Shown piece after piece: positions 1 to 18,889 of a DNA stretch of 64,000 bases (the first letter of the stretch is position 1; each line of letters starts with the position of its first letter). The translations under genes and the position numbers were made by a program. Under the pieces are notes generated by a model, which worked only from the letters and a program-made list of their open reading frames with translations, did no database searches and was not told the DNA's origin. Origin of the DNA: the human T2T-CHM13v2.0 reference genome, Homo sapiens; the NCBI RefSeq assembly GCF_009914755.1, contig NC_060931.1, one strand, 5' to 3'.

Positions 1-604
<604 letters not shown>

Positions 605-699
605 AGGTGGAAAGGTCTCTATCCTGGCATCTATTGTATTGAAGACGACTAATAATATAAATACACACACCGCTGGTAAAGGGTAAGTTGAGTTAGCTC

Positions 700-1497
700 T
701 TCTGAATATGTATTAAACCCTTAACATGTAACTATTTCTTGATCCAGCAATTCTACTTTAAGGAATTTATAAAAATAATCAGAGATAGGAACAAAAAATC
801 AGCTACAAGGATAACCACCACCTGCTTTTATATCAGTAAAAAGAAAAGTAAAACATGAACACACCACAGAGATTATAGCAGCTTTATTCATAATTGCCAA
901 AACTTGGAAACAACCAAGATGTCCTTCAGTCGGTAATAAATAAATACATCCAGACATTGGAATATTACTCAGTGCTGAAATGAAATGAGCTATCAAGTCA
1001 TGAAAAGACATGGAGGAAACTTATATCACTAAGTGAAAGAAGGCAGTATAAAAAGTCTATGTACTATATGATTCCAAATATATGGCACTCTGGAAAACGC
1101 AAAACTGTGGAGATCACTGTTTGCTAGGGGTGGTAGGAATGGATGAGTGAAGAAAGGGAAGAACTGGTAGAGCACAGGGGATTTTGAAGGCAATAAAACT
1201 ACTCTGTATAATACTATAATGGCAGATACACATCACTATCCATTTGTCCAAACCCACAGAATGAATGGACAACACCAAGAGTGTCCCCTAAAGTAATCTA
1301 TGGACTTTGGGTGATAATGCGATGTCCATGTTGGTTCACCAGTTGTAACCAATGTACCTCTCTGGTGGAGGATGTTGACAGTGGGGGAGGTTGTGGCTGT
1401 GTGGGGGCAGGAAGGCATATAAGAAATGTCTGTATCTTCCACACAATTTTGCTATGGACCCAGTACCACTCTAAAAAATAGTCTATTTTTTAAAAAG
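700..1497 (+). mobile_element. L1MC-type LINE-1 3' end
   Basis: gcagctttattcataattgccaaaacttggaaacaaccaagatgtccttca and tggtaccactct-like 3'UTR motifs, A-rich end. Confidence 0.8.
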
Positions 1498-2282
1498 AAT
1501 GCCTTAAATAAGCAACAATAAAGGACTAATAAAATAAACTATAATCCAGCCAATCAATGGGATGTTTAGAAAAGAACAAACTTAGAACAATCATCAATCA
1601 AGAGAGAACATGCAACGTACAAAAATCCTAAACACATTCACACAACAGGGAGATGGTTGTAGAAAGTCACCCTATTTAAAAACAAGATAGAAACAGATAT
1701 TAAACCACTAAGGTGAATGACTTCATCAATAGTTAGCATTTCAGAACTCCTTCCTGTATTGAGTACTAATCATACCCTTATAAAAGCAAGCAGTCTTTTG
1801 TTCTCCATTTTTAAAAGCTAATCAGGAAAAGCTGTAATCAGCCAAAATCAAAATAAAACTATCAGTGGAAGAAATAAAATATGGAAGGTTCAGATACTCT
1901 AACATGTATCTTCAAGCATGTAAAAGATTACTAAGAACACCCACTTTGTACTCTGATGGCTTTGAAGAATAAAGGGGAGGAAACAGGCTCAAAACACAGC
2001 AAGTAAGACCTGATGACACAGAAGTGAGAATGTTCTTACCAAAACTTGACAGAGTGCTGGAGTAAATTAGCAAGGATAGCAGGAGTCTCTCTTCCTCTCT
2101 GCTGATTATTAACAACAGGATGAATCATTTCCTTTCTTGGATTATAAGAAGCAAGTCTGAATCAATTACTCTTGAAGTATTTTCAAAATCTATCATCATC
2201 TAATATTATACCAAGATAGATTCGGATATATCCTATAATGAACATTCATGCCCAAGCAACACATATATGTGTGCATGGGCTC

Positions 2283-2283
<1 letters not shown>

Positions 2284-2320
<37 letters not shown>
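2284..2320 (+). repeat. (AC)~18 microsatellite
   Basis: Direct reading. Confidence 0.97.
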
Positions 2321-2323
<3 letters not shown>

Positions 2324-3628
2324 AACTATATTTTGCAATTACATAGGGAAAATGTTTAAAGGTATTAACATTTGCAAATAATATTACCAACAGTCATTTT
2401 ATGCAGTAACAAAGTCAGCGGCATGAATATCATCTTACTGTCAAAAAAAAAAAACAGTATATGGAATCATTTTTACAAGTTGAAAAAGGTAAGAAGTGAA
2501 AATAACAACAATGGCAAAAATAAGTTATGATCTGGAAAAAATGAAAACCATTAGAATTTATAAATATATCCCGAAGCAGGCTGTTTAGAGGATGGGGAAC
2601 ACAACAAACTAAAACACCACGGGCAAATCCACCCAAGATTAGAAAGACAGACAATACAAGCACAAACTGAAAATGGGGTGTAAACATAGACAGGAAAGAG
2701 TTGTTTGCTTTTTAAAAAAGTGTATTTCAAAATTCTATGCAATTAAATTTTAAAATCCTGATTAAATATAAGTGACCAGAATTGACTTAAGAACATATGA
2801 AAGACTCAATAACAATGGAAGAAACTGAAATAGCTCTTCAAAATTATTTCCAATAAAGGCTCCAGACTCAGACCCTGGTAGCGTTGTGTGTGAGTTTATT
2901 CAAACACTCAAGGGGCAGATGGTTTCATGTTGTGAAAACTTTTCTAGATTAAGACATATGGAAAAAATTGCAATACATTTTGAAAACAAATGCAATCTCA
3001 ATACCAAATCTAGTATTGTGAGGACAAAAAAGAAAAACTAAAAGTCAAAACTATGTATGGACACACAGCAAAAATACTAAGATACTAAATACAATACTAG
3101 CATATCAAGTTATACCAAAGTCTAGAATCAAATAGACCTTATACCAGAAAACATGATTAGAAATATTATGAAAAAACATACAAAGATCATCAATAGGTCA
3201 AAGGAGAAAAATTATATATCATAAAAGCAAGAGATGATAAAAAGTAATTGATAAAATTTAATACTTTTTTTTAAAAAAAGAATGAAACCCAAACTAGAAA
3301 GACATTTCCTTAACCTGATAAAAAAAATAATATTAAAGTAACAGCCAAGATAGTTATGGTCATTATTAATCACTATTATCCAGGAAGTTGAAGCCAGTTC
3401 AATGTTACATAAAACAGAAATACACTATACAGCAACTGAAAGGAAAATAAAAATATTATTATTGGCAGATAGTATTATAGACTAATCTGGAAAGCACAGA
3501 AGATGTAACAGAAAAACGATAAGACAAATAAAACATTTAGTATAGCCATAAAGTTGAAAATAAACATGCAGAAATCCATAGCTTTTCTGCTCACCAGCAA
3601 TTACCAGTCAATAAAAATAGATAATAAT

Positions 3629-3975
3629 AGCCGGCCGTGGTGGCTCTCGCCTATAATCCCAGGCAAGGATTCATTCAATGAATCCATTGATCCATTGAAT
3701 TCATTGATTCATCCTTTGGGAGGCGGGCAGATAACCTGAGGTTGGGAGTTCAAGGCCAGCCTGACCAACATGGAGAAGCCCCATCTCTACTAAAAATACA
3801 AAATTAGCTGGGCATGTTGGTGCATGCCTGTAATCCCAGCTACTCGGGACGCTGAGGCAGGAGAATCGCTTGAACTCGGGAGGCAGAAGTTGCGGTGCCG
3901 AGATCACACCACTGCACTCCAGCCTGGGCAACAAGAGCGAAACTCCGTTTCAAAAAATATATATATATATATATA
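3629..3975 (+). mobile_element. AluSp-like with a ~50-bp non-Alu insertion in the left arm and an (AT)n tail
   Basis: AluSp-diagnostic ctgaccaacatggagaa and caacaagagcgaaactcc. Insertion at 3663-3713. Confidence 0.93.
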
Positions 3976-3979
3976 ATAT

Positions 3980-4220
3980 TTTTTGAACACATACTAACTG
4001 CCAGAAACAGTGTTAAGCCCTTAACATATTAACTCACTTACTTTTCACAATAACCCTATGAAGTAGATACCATTACTGTCCACCTTTTAAAGGTGAGAAA
4101 ACCAAGACTTGGAAGAATTAAATATCCTGCCCGAAGTCTCACTGGTAGCCACAACAGAACCAGTAGTAGGTTCTGGCAGTGTGAATGCAGAGTCCTCATG
4201 AGAATCCATTTTACCATACT
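3980..4220 (-). mobile_element. MIR
   Basis: cacaataaccctatgaagtagataccatta...ggtgagaaaaccaagact matches the MIR core, reverse complement. Confidence 0.8.
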
Positions 4221-6759
4221 GCTCCCAATTAAGCCAAAAGGTCATACAAGCTAAACTGCCAAGAATAAACCAAACAATAGCCAAGAAAGACATGCGACCC
4301 ATGCAAAAACATGAAAAAATTTAAACTTCTACAATCACAGAAAAAAAAAATCCTATTTGAACAGAGACATGTCATATTTCACAATAGGAAAATTGTACCT
4401 TATAAAAATGTCAATCCCCTTGAAAAATAATAGATTTAACACAATTCCAATCGCAATCTATAGAGATAGCATTTATTTTTGTTGATGCTGTGTTTTGCTT
4501 GGAGTGAGGCGGAGTTTAATGAGGTGACTCTAAAGTTCATCTAGTAAAAATGTGAGTAGCCAGCCAAGAAATTGCAATCATAGATACAAAAATGTCCTCT
4601 AAGATGCTAGTCACTGGAATCTCCACACTTGGGTCCATGCAGCATCTCTTCCTGACCATCAGCTTCCTAACAGAGTTCTGCCTACACCTTTGGTGGCTCC
4701 TTAGTTTTAAGAAAAATAAAATACGTAAGAACCAACAAAACCTGAGACAAGGTATAGATAAAGACAAAAGAAAAGATGCTAAAATTTAAAACAGCTCATG
4801 TATTAAAGTGATGAAATTATATTTGACATCTACTCTTTGGCCTTCAAACTTTCTTTAACAAGTCCTTATCATAAAAAGTCTAACAAAACAAAAAAGAACC
4901 AAAGAGAGATGGGGGCGCTGGAAAGAGGATGATAAATGTGAAAAACAAACTCTAATTTTACAACATTCTTTCTTCTGTTGAAAATGTTTAATCTGGAAAA
5001 TCAAGGTTCAGGAATCATTCTGCAGCTGTGTTAAAACAGGAGGGGAAGGCCTCCTAATCTCTGCTTAAGCATACCTTGGGGTCCACTTCAGGGCCACCCC
5101 CTTAGAGCACCACCTTGAATTCGCGCCTTTGGCAGTCCCTTCTCTACCACTTAGCACCAAATTATCTAGCATCTTGTCCTCTAATTACGTGCAAACAGGC
5201 AACGAGAACCAGCAGGACCTGAGGCCAGCCTGTCTCCAGCCTTGCACAGACCACAGGCCCCAGGGGCCCAGCACCCAGAAAGACTTGATGATTAAGAGAC
5301 TGCAATCCAGGGCTTTGATGGCCCCAGCAAGTTTAGGGTTTCAAAAAAGGGGGGAAACGACCACATCAAAAAGGTGACGATTTTTTGACTCAGCTCCAGA
5401 GTTTTTAAATATTATGTTTCTAAATAAAGTAAATGGATACTCTAGAGAAACAGCTCAAGGAAGGTCACAGAGAGGCACAACTACTTGAGACTTGATAAAT
5501 CAAATAAACAATGAAGCTGAGCAAAGGAAAGCCGAGAGCACATTACAGACCCTCTTGCCTTTTTGTTTTTCCATTAAGGAGCTGTTCTTATAAACAATGA
5601 GCCCATTCAAAAGGGGTTTAAAAAAATCCCTCGAGGAAGCTTCTATCTCCTCCACCCAGAGAGCTGCTCTCCCTTTCCTCCTGCCTGTGAAAGCCTGGCC
5701 TCCAGGAACACACTCTGCCTGAGCTCGGAAGGACACACCTTTGATCTAGAGTTCCAAGAAAAAAAAAAATCCTGACTCAAATTACTCAGGAATTCTATTG
5801 GTAGCAAAAGGTGAGAGAAAATTAAAAGTCTCCACATAAAATTAATTTGTTCTCAGGTGGGACGTTTTCTCCCATGCCCAGCAAGGAGCAGAGGTTTTTG
5901 TGTTTTATGACTTTGATGAAGAACTATCTGAACACCCACATCCACCCAAGGCCTGGTTTCTGAATGCAGCTCCTTTTTAACTCAGTATTACCTGTGGTTT
6001 TCTCATGGTTTCCTGGATATAAATCAAACAGGCAGTCAGCACAGACCCCATCCCATCTTATTTTTATTTCTTTAAAAAATAACTCTTGATTACGAAATAT
6101 TCCAACATACAGAAAAGTACTAAAAAGGACATGCTAGTTATCCACGTTACCTACAACTCAGATTTAAGGAATGTTAGCATGTTCCCATATTTGCCTCAGA
6201 TAACTTTAAAGAAAATAAAACAGATACCGCTAAAGCTCCCCTCCTCCGTCCCCTGAAAACGTACTCCCTCCCTCTCCAGAAGGACAAAAATAGCAAATAA
6301 TGTAAGTCAGTATGTACATTTCCTGTGGACTTTCGCTTTTACTTTTTTGCCCATGATGATAGTATCGATTTTTGTATTGTAAAAATGCCTGAAGGACAGT
6401 TCCTTGCCCCTATTCCCAGCCCATATCCATTTCATACAGCAAACTGCTTGCAGAAAAACCTTTCAGCTCACACCAACTCTATTTGTCCCAGTATTGATCA
6501 ACCTCATCATAGGTACACAGACCACATCAAAATGAGGACAATAAGCTTAGAGGATAATTAATTAATGAAACAGACTCATCAATATTTACATTAAGAAAGG
6601 ACAGGGCCAAACTTTAATGTGTATAGTCTAGGAAGAGTCACCATATTCTCAGTTAGCCAAGCTCCCAGGAGGCAGCACTTTTTGCTCTATCTGCTTTCGG
6701 CATTGTTGTCCCAAGGGGTTCAGGCCTACATCCAACTTTTCTGGCTCTGCTTCTTGGAC

Positions 6760-8115
<1,356 letters not shown>

Positions 8116-9259
8116 GGTGGATGGACAGATGAGTAAGTATTCAATAAATCTGGTTTGCTATCTTCCTCTGGCAGGATAGAAGGGCCAAATGAGCAGACAC
8201 AGTGTGTCAGTTTCTATGTATCTTGGCTCTAACTAGAATGCTACAATTAAATGTAATTCCTTTTTTGATCATTTTTCATACATGACTTTGTTGCCAAGTT
8301 GTGCAGGTGGAGTGTGTCCAATAAGGTAAACAACGTTAAACACAAAAATTAATGGGGAGAAAAGCAAAAACAGCCTCCCCTATCCTCACTAATATCCAAC
8401 AGTACATAAATAAATAAGGTGGATCCCCAAGATTCTTCAGAAGACAATGCTGGCTCTCTTCATTTACTCATGATTAAAGACATTTTCATGGTCCTACAAA
8501 ATGGGAAATATCTTTTAAAGGGACCTACCTCTCAATGCAGGTACATCGTAAATCTCTTTTAGCAGAAAGTGGTAAGGAAACATAGTTGGATTATCTAGGC
8601 TAGAGAATGTCAGTCAGCTCTTTGAATTTCAACTATTAATTCTCACCAGTGTTAAATAAGAGCTGCAGAAAATGTGGATGGGAGGGGCCAGCTTTACAGG
8701 AGACTAAATATTTTCTCTACCTACAAAGGCGTCCTGATTAACGTTGCATTGCAGAAGATGTACCTCCCAAAAAAGATCTTTTAAAAATCTACGTGTAAAT
8801 AGAACACCAAAAAATATATTACACAAAAGCATCCTTCAGCATCCCCTTTTAAAGCATTAAAGATTAAATTTATATAGATTTTTAAAGAGGTCACCACCTT
8901 TGTTACTTAAAGTTCACACTATAAGTTTATCTTAGTTCCACCTTATGAACCTGGTGAAGACAACACTGCTTCTGACATGAAGATTCCAAATTTCCTCTAA
9001 AATCTCTGTTGGTACACTTGACAAGAGATCATCTTCAAAGCCGTTTCATGTCTCACTTGAGATGTTAAAAAATGCTGGACCTTTCTAATCAAGAGGGAAA
9101 GAAAAAGAAGGGAAGGAAAGCAGAAAGGATAAAAGAAGAAAAGGAAATGTATCTGAATATTGGTTGGCAGCATGTTTACTTATGGAACAAAATGGTAAAG
9201 AAGCCATCAAGTAGTATTTCTCAACAGAAAGGACATGGACAGGGAATCGACAATGTCGT

Positions 9260-9470
9260 GTATACATCATGTGCTTCATTTCTATTACTCCTGATGGCAA
9301 CCCTTCAAGAAGTTTTATCCTCTGGATTTTACAAATAAGGAAACTGAGGCCTACAATGTAGCCCTGACTTAGGCCTTCCTGGCCCCTGATACTTAGGGCA
9401 GGACCTGAACTCACATCCGAGTCTGGCTGTCTGCAGGACCCCCGTTACTGACTGCTTTTCTCTACTATAT
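9260..9470 (-). mobile_element. MIR
   Basis: ttttacaaataaggaaactgaggc core. Confidence 0.7.
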
Positions 9471-10404
9471 GTGTCCCTCTTAACGTCATCAAGTTTAATC
9501 GGCTTTTCCCAGGGTCCCTAGAAAAATCAAGTCTTCACAACCTATCAACAGCTATCCAAGATCTATGCAGCTAAGAGTAATGACATAAAAATCACTCCAT
9601 TTTTAGGCTTTATTTAATACACCAATACCAACCAATAGGCCTCACCTTGTGGATACCAAGATGCCCCGGCAGAAGTTACAGAGTTCTGACACTATGGTCC
9701 CTTTCTAGAGAAATGCAAGGATATTAACTTGGGCATCCTCTTCTTATTTTAATCCTCTGACTAACACAATCACAGTTAAAACAACTTGCTCTTAGAGAGC
9801 AGGGGGAGTTGACCACTGGATGGCCTTGGGGCCATATGTTCAAGCACACTCTGAATTCCTCTTCATTACGTAACTTGAAAACCAAATGAAATGTCGTGCT
9901 ACTGGAGCACGGAGCCCTTACTCAGTACAGAGAAGGATGGGGGCCTTTGTCACCTGAAATTCACCACTTTGCTATGTTCCGGTCAGCGGGAGGTACAGTT
10001 CGCTACTCACAGGCCTAAAAGCAGTGTCGGGCTTAGCTACCCCAGACAGGAGAGTCAGCGCCTGCTCATGCATTGAGACTGAAACAATGGTCTGGGCGTC
10101 ACAGCAGCTGTGCAAATCCCTGAAAATTCAGTCCACGTTAACGCAAGGCTCTCGCTCTACATAACCTTCAGGAAGCCCACGTTGATGTGTTTAAAGGGAA
10201 CCAGTCAAAGATGGTGAATCAGACTGGAGGCAGGGAGCAGAGAATCATGATTCGGGTACATATAGGTGTGGCCGCCCCAAATAAATGGCCCAAGCATCTA
10301 CTCTGCAAACGCATCTTAACCCAAAGCTAGACTGGAGCATTTTATTCCCTGAAGGGAGTAAAAATTATCCTAAATTCTTCCAGGTGTGGCTTAAGGTCAT
10401 TTTT

Positions 10405-10560
10405 ATACCTACTCATTCATTCCACAAATATTTATTGAGCCCCTGCACTGTGGCGGCCCCTGTTCCAAGCACTGAGACACTATGTGAAGGACACAGGACA
10501 GGCTCATGGTTCTTACATTCTGCACAGAGACAGAAAGTAAACACGCAAATGTGCAAAAAA
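10405..10560 (-). mobile_element. L2 3' end fragment
   Basis: cattcattccacaaatatttattgagcccctgcactgtgg is the reverse complement of the L2 terminus. Confidence 0.65.
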
Positions 10561-11065
10561 TGGAATAACTGCATTGAGTGATTGGTTCCTTAAAGGAAAA
10601 ATGAAGGGAAATGTGACGGGAAGCCCTGGGCCAGGGCAGGTTCGGAGCTTCAGAGAGGCAGTCAAGTGTCTGAGGCTGGAGAGTGAGAAGGATCCAGGAG
10701 CACAAGCGAGAAAACACTCACCATGAGGTGAGCTTTCCCAACTCCACTGCTTGCCTGAGGAGCCGTCCTGAGATCTCCGTTGCAGAGCCAATCCTGGGGA
10801 TGCTGAGCTCCGGGGATGTGGGAGGACTGCATGACTGTACTCACAGGCCAGGACAAGTTCTGTTTATTTTCCAAACACCCTCTACCTCATCTGAAGGTGG
10901 TTTGGCAAGACCTGGAATCAGGGCCTTCTAGGCAAATGGCTGTGACCTTCCTAAAGGTATCAAGACTGTAGAACTTCCCTTAAGGGATTAATGTAGTATC
11001 TAAAATTTTTAAAAATCAGTACTTCCCTCTAGGGCGCAACTTTGATACCTCCTTGAGATGCATAT

Positions 11066-11115
11066 GCACACACACACATACACACACACACACAAACACA
11101 CAGGCGGCACACACA
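11066..11115 (+). repeat. Interrupted (CA)n microsatellite
   Basis: Direct reading. Confidence 0.9.
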
Positions 11116-12055
11116 GATTAACTCTCTTGCAGAAAAAAAATGTTAGATGGTGGCACTTTAAAAACAACCAGATGAGACATAATTAATGGTGTCAAAAACA
11201 CATAACTTAAAATACTCAAACTCTAAGAAAAAGTTTCTTTTTTTTTTTTTTTTAACTAAAAAGAAAAGACTTGGGACAATTTCACTGCCAACTAAAATGA
11301 CAAGGCATTTTTTCCCCAAAATTTATTATGATGATAGATAACAAATGGCATCTATAAAGCAGTCAGTTAACAACGAGAAACAAAAGAAGAATACACTGAG
11401 AATACTAGGAACAGAGTTATAAAAATGCCAGTTAGACATGCAAGAAGCAGCAGGGCTTTGAAAACGCACAAAGCTGGATCCAAATGTTAGATGTGGTTTT
11501 AGCTACTCACCGCAAAGCTGGGTTACTAACATTTCTAAAATTTCTGAAAATGATTTTCAGGCCTCTAGCCTGCTTTGGAGCAGATGAAAATTTTCCATTG
11601 TTGATCCACAGACATTAGTATGCAAGGTAAATAACAGGCATCAGGCAAGATATCTATTTCTAATAAGTTTACAGAAAGCACATTAAAAGCCCGTTAGAAC
11701 TCTGATTTACCTCAATACACACAGGCAGAAAACCAGAGTACGGGCACACAAGCAGGACTCCCCTTCCAGTTCCCCTGTCTCACCAAGCAGGTTACAGTCC
11801 CAGCTGGGGCAGACAGCTCTACCTCAACTGCTTTCGTTTTTACAGTGAGTTTTTATATGCAATGGTTGTCATGCAAAAGTAGAAGGTGAACAAAAGACTG
11901 TATATATGTGCGTGTATGTGTGTGAGCACACGTGTGTCCTCTCCTTTCACCTTAGCCTAATAGCTGGACAACATGGTGAGCTCTTTGAGGGCAGGAGCCA
12001 TGTCCTATCGGATTTATCCTGTGATGATGGGCTGAGGCCAAGGAGAAGATATTTA

Positions 12056-12464
<409 letters not shown>

Positions 12465-13298
12465 CTAGGATATCGCCTTCCGTCATGGAGGTCACGGAGA
12501 GTCAAACAGCTGTGAAACCTGGTTTCCTAATTCAATCTATCCCATTAACAGGAATAGTTTGCTCTATGGTGTATCCACCATGCCAAGCAGCCCACTTTAT
12601 CCTTTCCAAAGGGACCATATGTCCAGGCCCAGGTGAACAGACAGTGAACATTCAAAGCCAACTCAGACAGGAAAAAGGTAAAAGGAATGAAGGAAAGAGA
12701 CTTTGAGGCCTTATCCTTCAAATATTTGTAAGTACTTGCGGAAGAAGAATTAGCACTAACTCATGTAGATGCAGAAAGCCAGAGAACGCTCCACTACCTC
12801 CCGTATCCACTATTTTAAAGTGCCTTTGAAGGACACCAGGCAAGGAGGGGTCAGGCAGTGTTGAAGTGATGGGGAGGCAGATTTTTGCCCCACACAAGAA
12901 AGAGTGATAAATTATATCATTTTAAAAATAAAGCCAGCAAAAACAGTTTTCTTGTGTCTGAACAAATGCTTCTCATTTTGGACAGGCTGGTCTGGCAATT
13001 CCTGTTATGAGAAGGAAGGTCAGGCTTCAAGTCTTATCCTAGCTCCCTCACGACTTCTTGGGCACTGTGGGCAAATCATGAGACAGAAGACTCTCCTTTA
13101 GTCAAAACTTTTCAGAAAAAAAAAAATAGGCATTTATATGTGGATTGGTTAAACCTGAGCCTGTGCAAAAACACAGGACAGACTGAAATGCATGAAAACC
13201 ATTTCTAGGAGAACAGAATGCTGCCTAGTGGACACACTCTAGGACTTAAACAATAAAATTATGTGCAATTTAGTTTTAAGTAATATTAAAATTCAGTA

Positions 13299-13644
13299 CA
13301 GTAGTCCCCCCTTATCCTCCACAGATACATTTCAGTGGATGCCTGAAACCACAGATAGTCCTGAATCCTGTATACACTAAGTTTTTTCTTATAAATATAT
13401 ACTTACGATACCGTTTAGTCTATCGATTAGGCACAGTAAGAGATTAACAACAATAACTAATAATAAAATAGAATAATTACAACAATATACTGTAATAAGT
13501 TATATGAATGTGATATATCTCTCTCTCTCTCTGTCTCTTTCTGAAAATATTTTCTTGTACTGCACTTACTTATTTTTGGACCATGATTGACCATGGGTAA
13601 CTAAAACCTCAGAAATAGAAACCTTGGGTAAGGAGGGACTCCTG
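13299..13644. mobile_element. Tigger7/MER44-family DNA transposon (non-autonomous)
   Basis: Terminal inverted repeats cagtagtccccccttatcc ... ggtaaggagggactcctg, flanked by TA dinucleotides. Confidence 0.85.
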
Positions 13645-13850
13645 TAATAAATGTCCAAAACTGCTGGGCAATTGACAGAATCAGTCCATCGGGTAGAAAC
13701 TGTTACTGCCACAGCTAAGGGACAGGTTAAGTACTTTATTCCAAGACCCAAAGCTAGTAGGTGGCCACAAATCATGATATAGAATAGCCCTCACATACAC
13801 ATAGACAGACACACTAGCGCAAAGAAACCAGAAGTCACTTTGGGGCTGTA

Positions 13851-14491
<641 letters not shown>

Positions 14492-14626
14492 CATTTTTTT
14501 AAAAACATTTAATACTTAAAACTGATGGTAAATGAAAATTATAATGGGATTCCAAAGATAGAGGCATTGGCCCCTCTTTGGTCTGTGTTCTCTCCAAAAA
14601 TCTGACCTCACCTGAAATTCATAGAA

Positions 14627-14630
<4 letters not shown>

Positions 14631-14692
<62 letters not shown>

Positions 14693-14699
14693 ACACACA
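14631..14699 (+). repeat. Compound (TC)n(AC)n microsatellite
   Basis: Direct reading. Confidence 0.97.
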
Positions 14700-15377
14700 G
14701 GGCAAATCAGTATACTACACAGACTCACTAAACATGCTTCCTGGTTCTAAAAACATGTAAGACAGCAATTCCACTAAAACTAGTGATTAATATCAGAGCA
14801 GTAGTCAGTATCGATTGTATTCATTTTATGTCAATGATCAGGTAGCATCACTAAGAACGAAGGCAAGGTTATGGGTTTCATGTCCACAAAAGCTATGTTC
14901 GTAAATGCCATCTTGCACAAATAAATGGCTAAGTGCCCTCACAAGCATGCACATCACCAGGCTGATGGGCTGAGAGCAGCCAGGTGAATGCATCGTCTTT
15001 TGCCAGTGTCCTCCAGGCCCCCAGGCTGCCATCCTTAACTTAGGACAGCCTCCTGTTTTCTCCGCTCTGTTAGAAGCTGCAGTGAATGGACGGGGGTCCC
15101 ACTGACGTCATCATAAAACCACCACACCAACCTCAGGGGGCCCCCAACATGACTGTAAGTCCCACTCTTATGCACTCAGCATCTTTTCCCATTCCTCACA
15201 AAGACAGTTCAAAATATTCACCATTCCTAAACCCAATTCTTCTATTCATATCAGCCTTCACAATCTCATGCTAAAAACTAGGGAAAGGAGGAGCTGACCA
15301 TGGGAGGCATGAACATTCCCACCCCAGTCTTGAAGAACAAGTGCGAGGGGGCTCTGATTTCCTCCCTCCTACAAATT

Positions 15378-16910
<1,533 letters not shown>

Positions 16911-18287
16911 CTATGGAAGCACATCAGTAAAAATAATCCTTACACTTATAACTGCAAAGGAGTTCAGAAAATAGATGGTCCAGGGTTTTCTATATTTTAT
17001 TTCCCTAAATTCTGTCCCCAACCTCTTTCTGAGCTTGATTCCATTTGAGTATGCTAAGGAAAAAAGAAAAGTTCTTATTAGACAGAATTCTCCTGGACCA
17101 GGTCTAGACATGAAAAGTTCTATTGTATGCACGACTTCCCCGAGACTCTCCTTCGGGAAAGGAAGGAAGTTCAAATTTCTCTGTGGGCTGGCAAATTTTC
17201 TGTACTTATTGACATGGCTATGATAAATTTGTATCTCCTCAGACAAAAGGCCAACCAAACGCTGCATGATTTAAAATTTGGAGAATAAACAAGAGCCATG
17301 TCTCTCAATGACTTCCAAAAGCTTTCAGCAGCAGGTTGTGGGTGTGCTTTCAAGTGTACGAAGTTGAGGCTTAAGAAACTGCTGGAATTACACCTCAGAC
17401 GGTGACACTTCTTATCTTTGAAGGGATGTATAGCCTGCTATGTGGTGTTCTTAAAGGTGTTTGTGATACTTTTTATAAGAATCCACCTCATACATACGCA
17501 TCCTAGCAACATACCATGTACGGAACTGAGACCACATCCTACACATACCTTCTCTCTTTGATTTGACAACCAGCATTATCTTAAGTCTGGCACCTGTAAG
17601 TCATTAGTTGACTAAGGTTACCCTAAAGTTAGGGTAACTTAAGGTCAAGGGTAAGAGCTCCAATATTCCTTTGGCCTTTTCCACCACTATTAAGTAACTC
17701 CCAGCAACAACAAACAAATAACAAACAGCCTCAACCCACTCCTAATCCTTGTCCTTGGCACTGACAGATTTCAGAAGAAAAAGTCACCAAACAACAGATG
17801 CCACTCTCAAAGAACAGAGAGGGCAGCTGGTGTGACTTAATAAGCATGCAGCCCACTGTAGAGAAGCTGGAGAATCGTACTTTTCCTGAGCCAATATAAG
17901 AGGTGTTTACATTAACCAGAGTACTCATCAACGTACCTGCAACTTTCAGTTCAAGACAGATGAGACAAAAGTAAAACTAAATTGCTTCCAGAACATGTTA
18001 AAGTATAAAAGGTGAAAACACAGCAAACACCTGTTAGGTCTTGCCAACTGTTATTTCCTACGTATTTTCTTATAAGTGACAGATTTTTTTAAAACACTTC
18101 TAAAGATAAATGCAAAATGTAAACACCAAAGCAAGTGTGCATTTGTGTGGCTTTGATATACGCCTGGGAAGAGAGTAACCTTGTGAGAATGCCACAGAAA
18201 AACGACTAAGATTGCTTCCCACAGCCAATATAATTACAATAAAGCCCAATAAGTTAGCTTAATATAACACCAGACTAAATTCTGAAG

Positions 18288-18611
<324 letters not shown>

Positions 18612-18889
18612 ATTCTAAAGGGATACTTTTAATCATGACGTATTTCAGAGAATAACATAAGCAACATCTAGGTATCCGCCACACAGGTTTAATACATGTT
18701 AATATTTTGTTACATTTGCTTAAAACCTCTTCTCTTTAACGAAATAAGATAATACAGATAGAGCTGAACCCTCTCCATCTTGTTCCCTTTCCACTCTCCC
18801 CAGAGTTAACCACTATTAAAGAAATGATTATATCCATGCATGTTTTTATACTTTCACTTCATACATATGAATTCAATAAGTAACATAGT

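Larger units (their letters stand above)
2780..4560 (+). mobile_element. Highly decayed L1M ORF2 fragments, interrupted by Alu and MIR
   Basis: A-rich sequence with remnants such as attggcagatagtattatagactaatctggaaa, aaataaacatgcagaaatccatagcttttct and tagatttaacacaattccaatc. Confidence 0.6.

Noticed and set aside
15103-15110. Perfect CRE palindrome TGACGTCA
   Set aside because: A single 8-mer is near chance expectation in 64 kb, with no supporting context.
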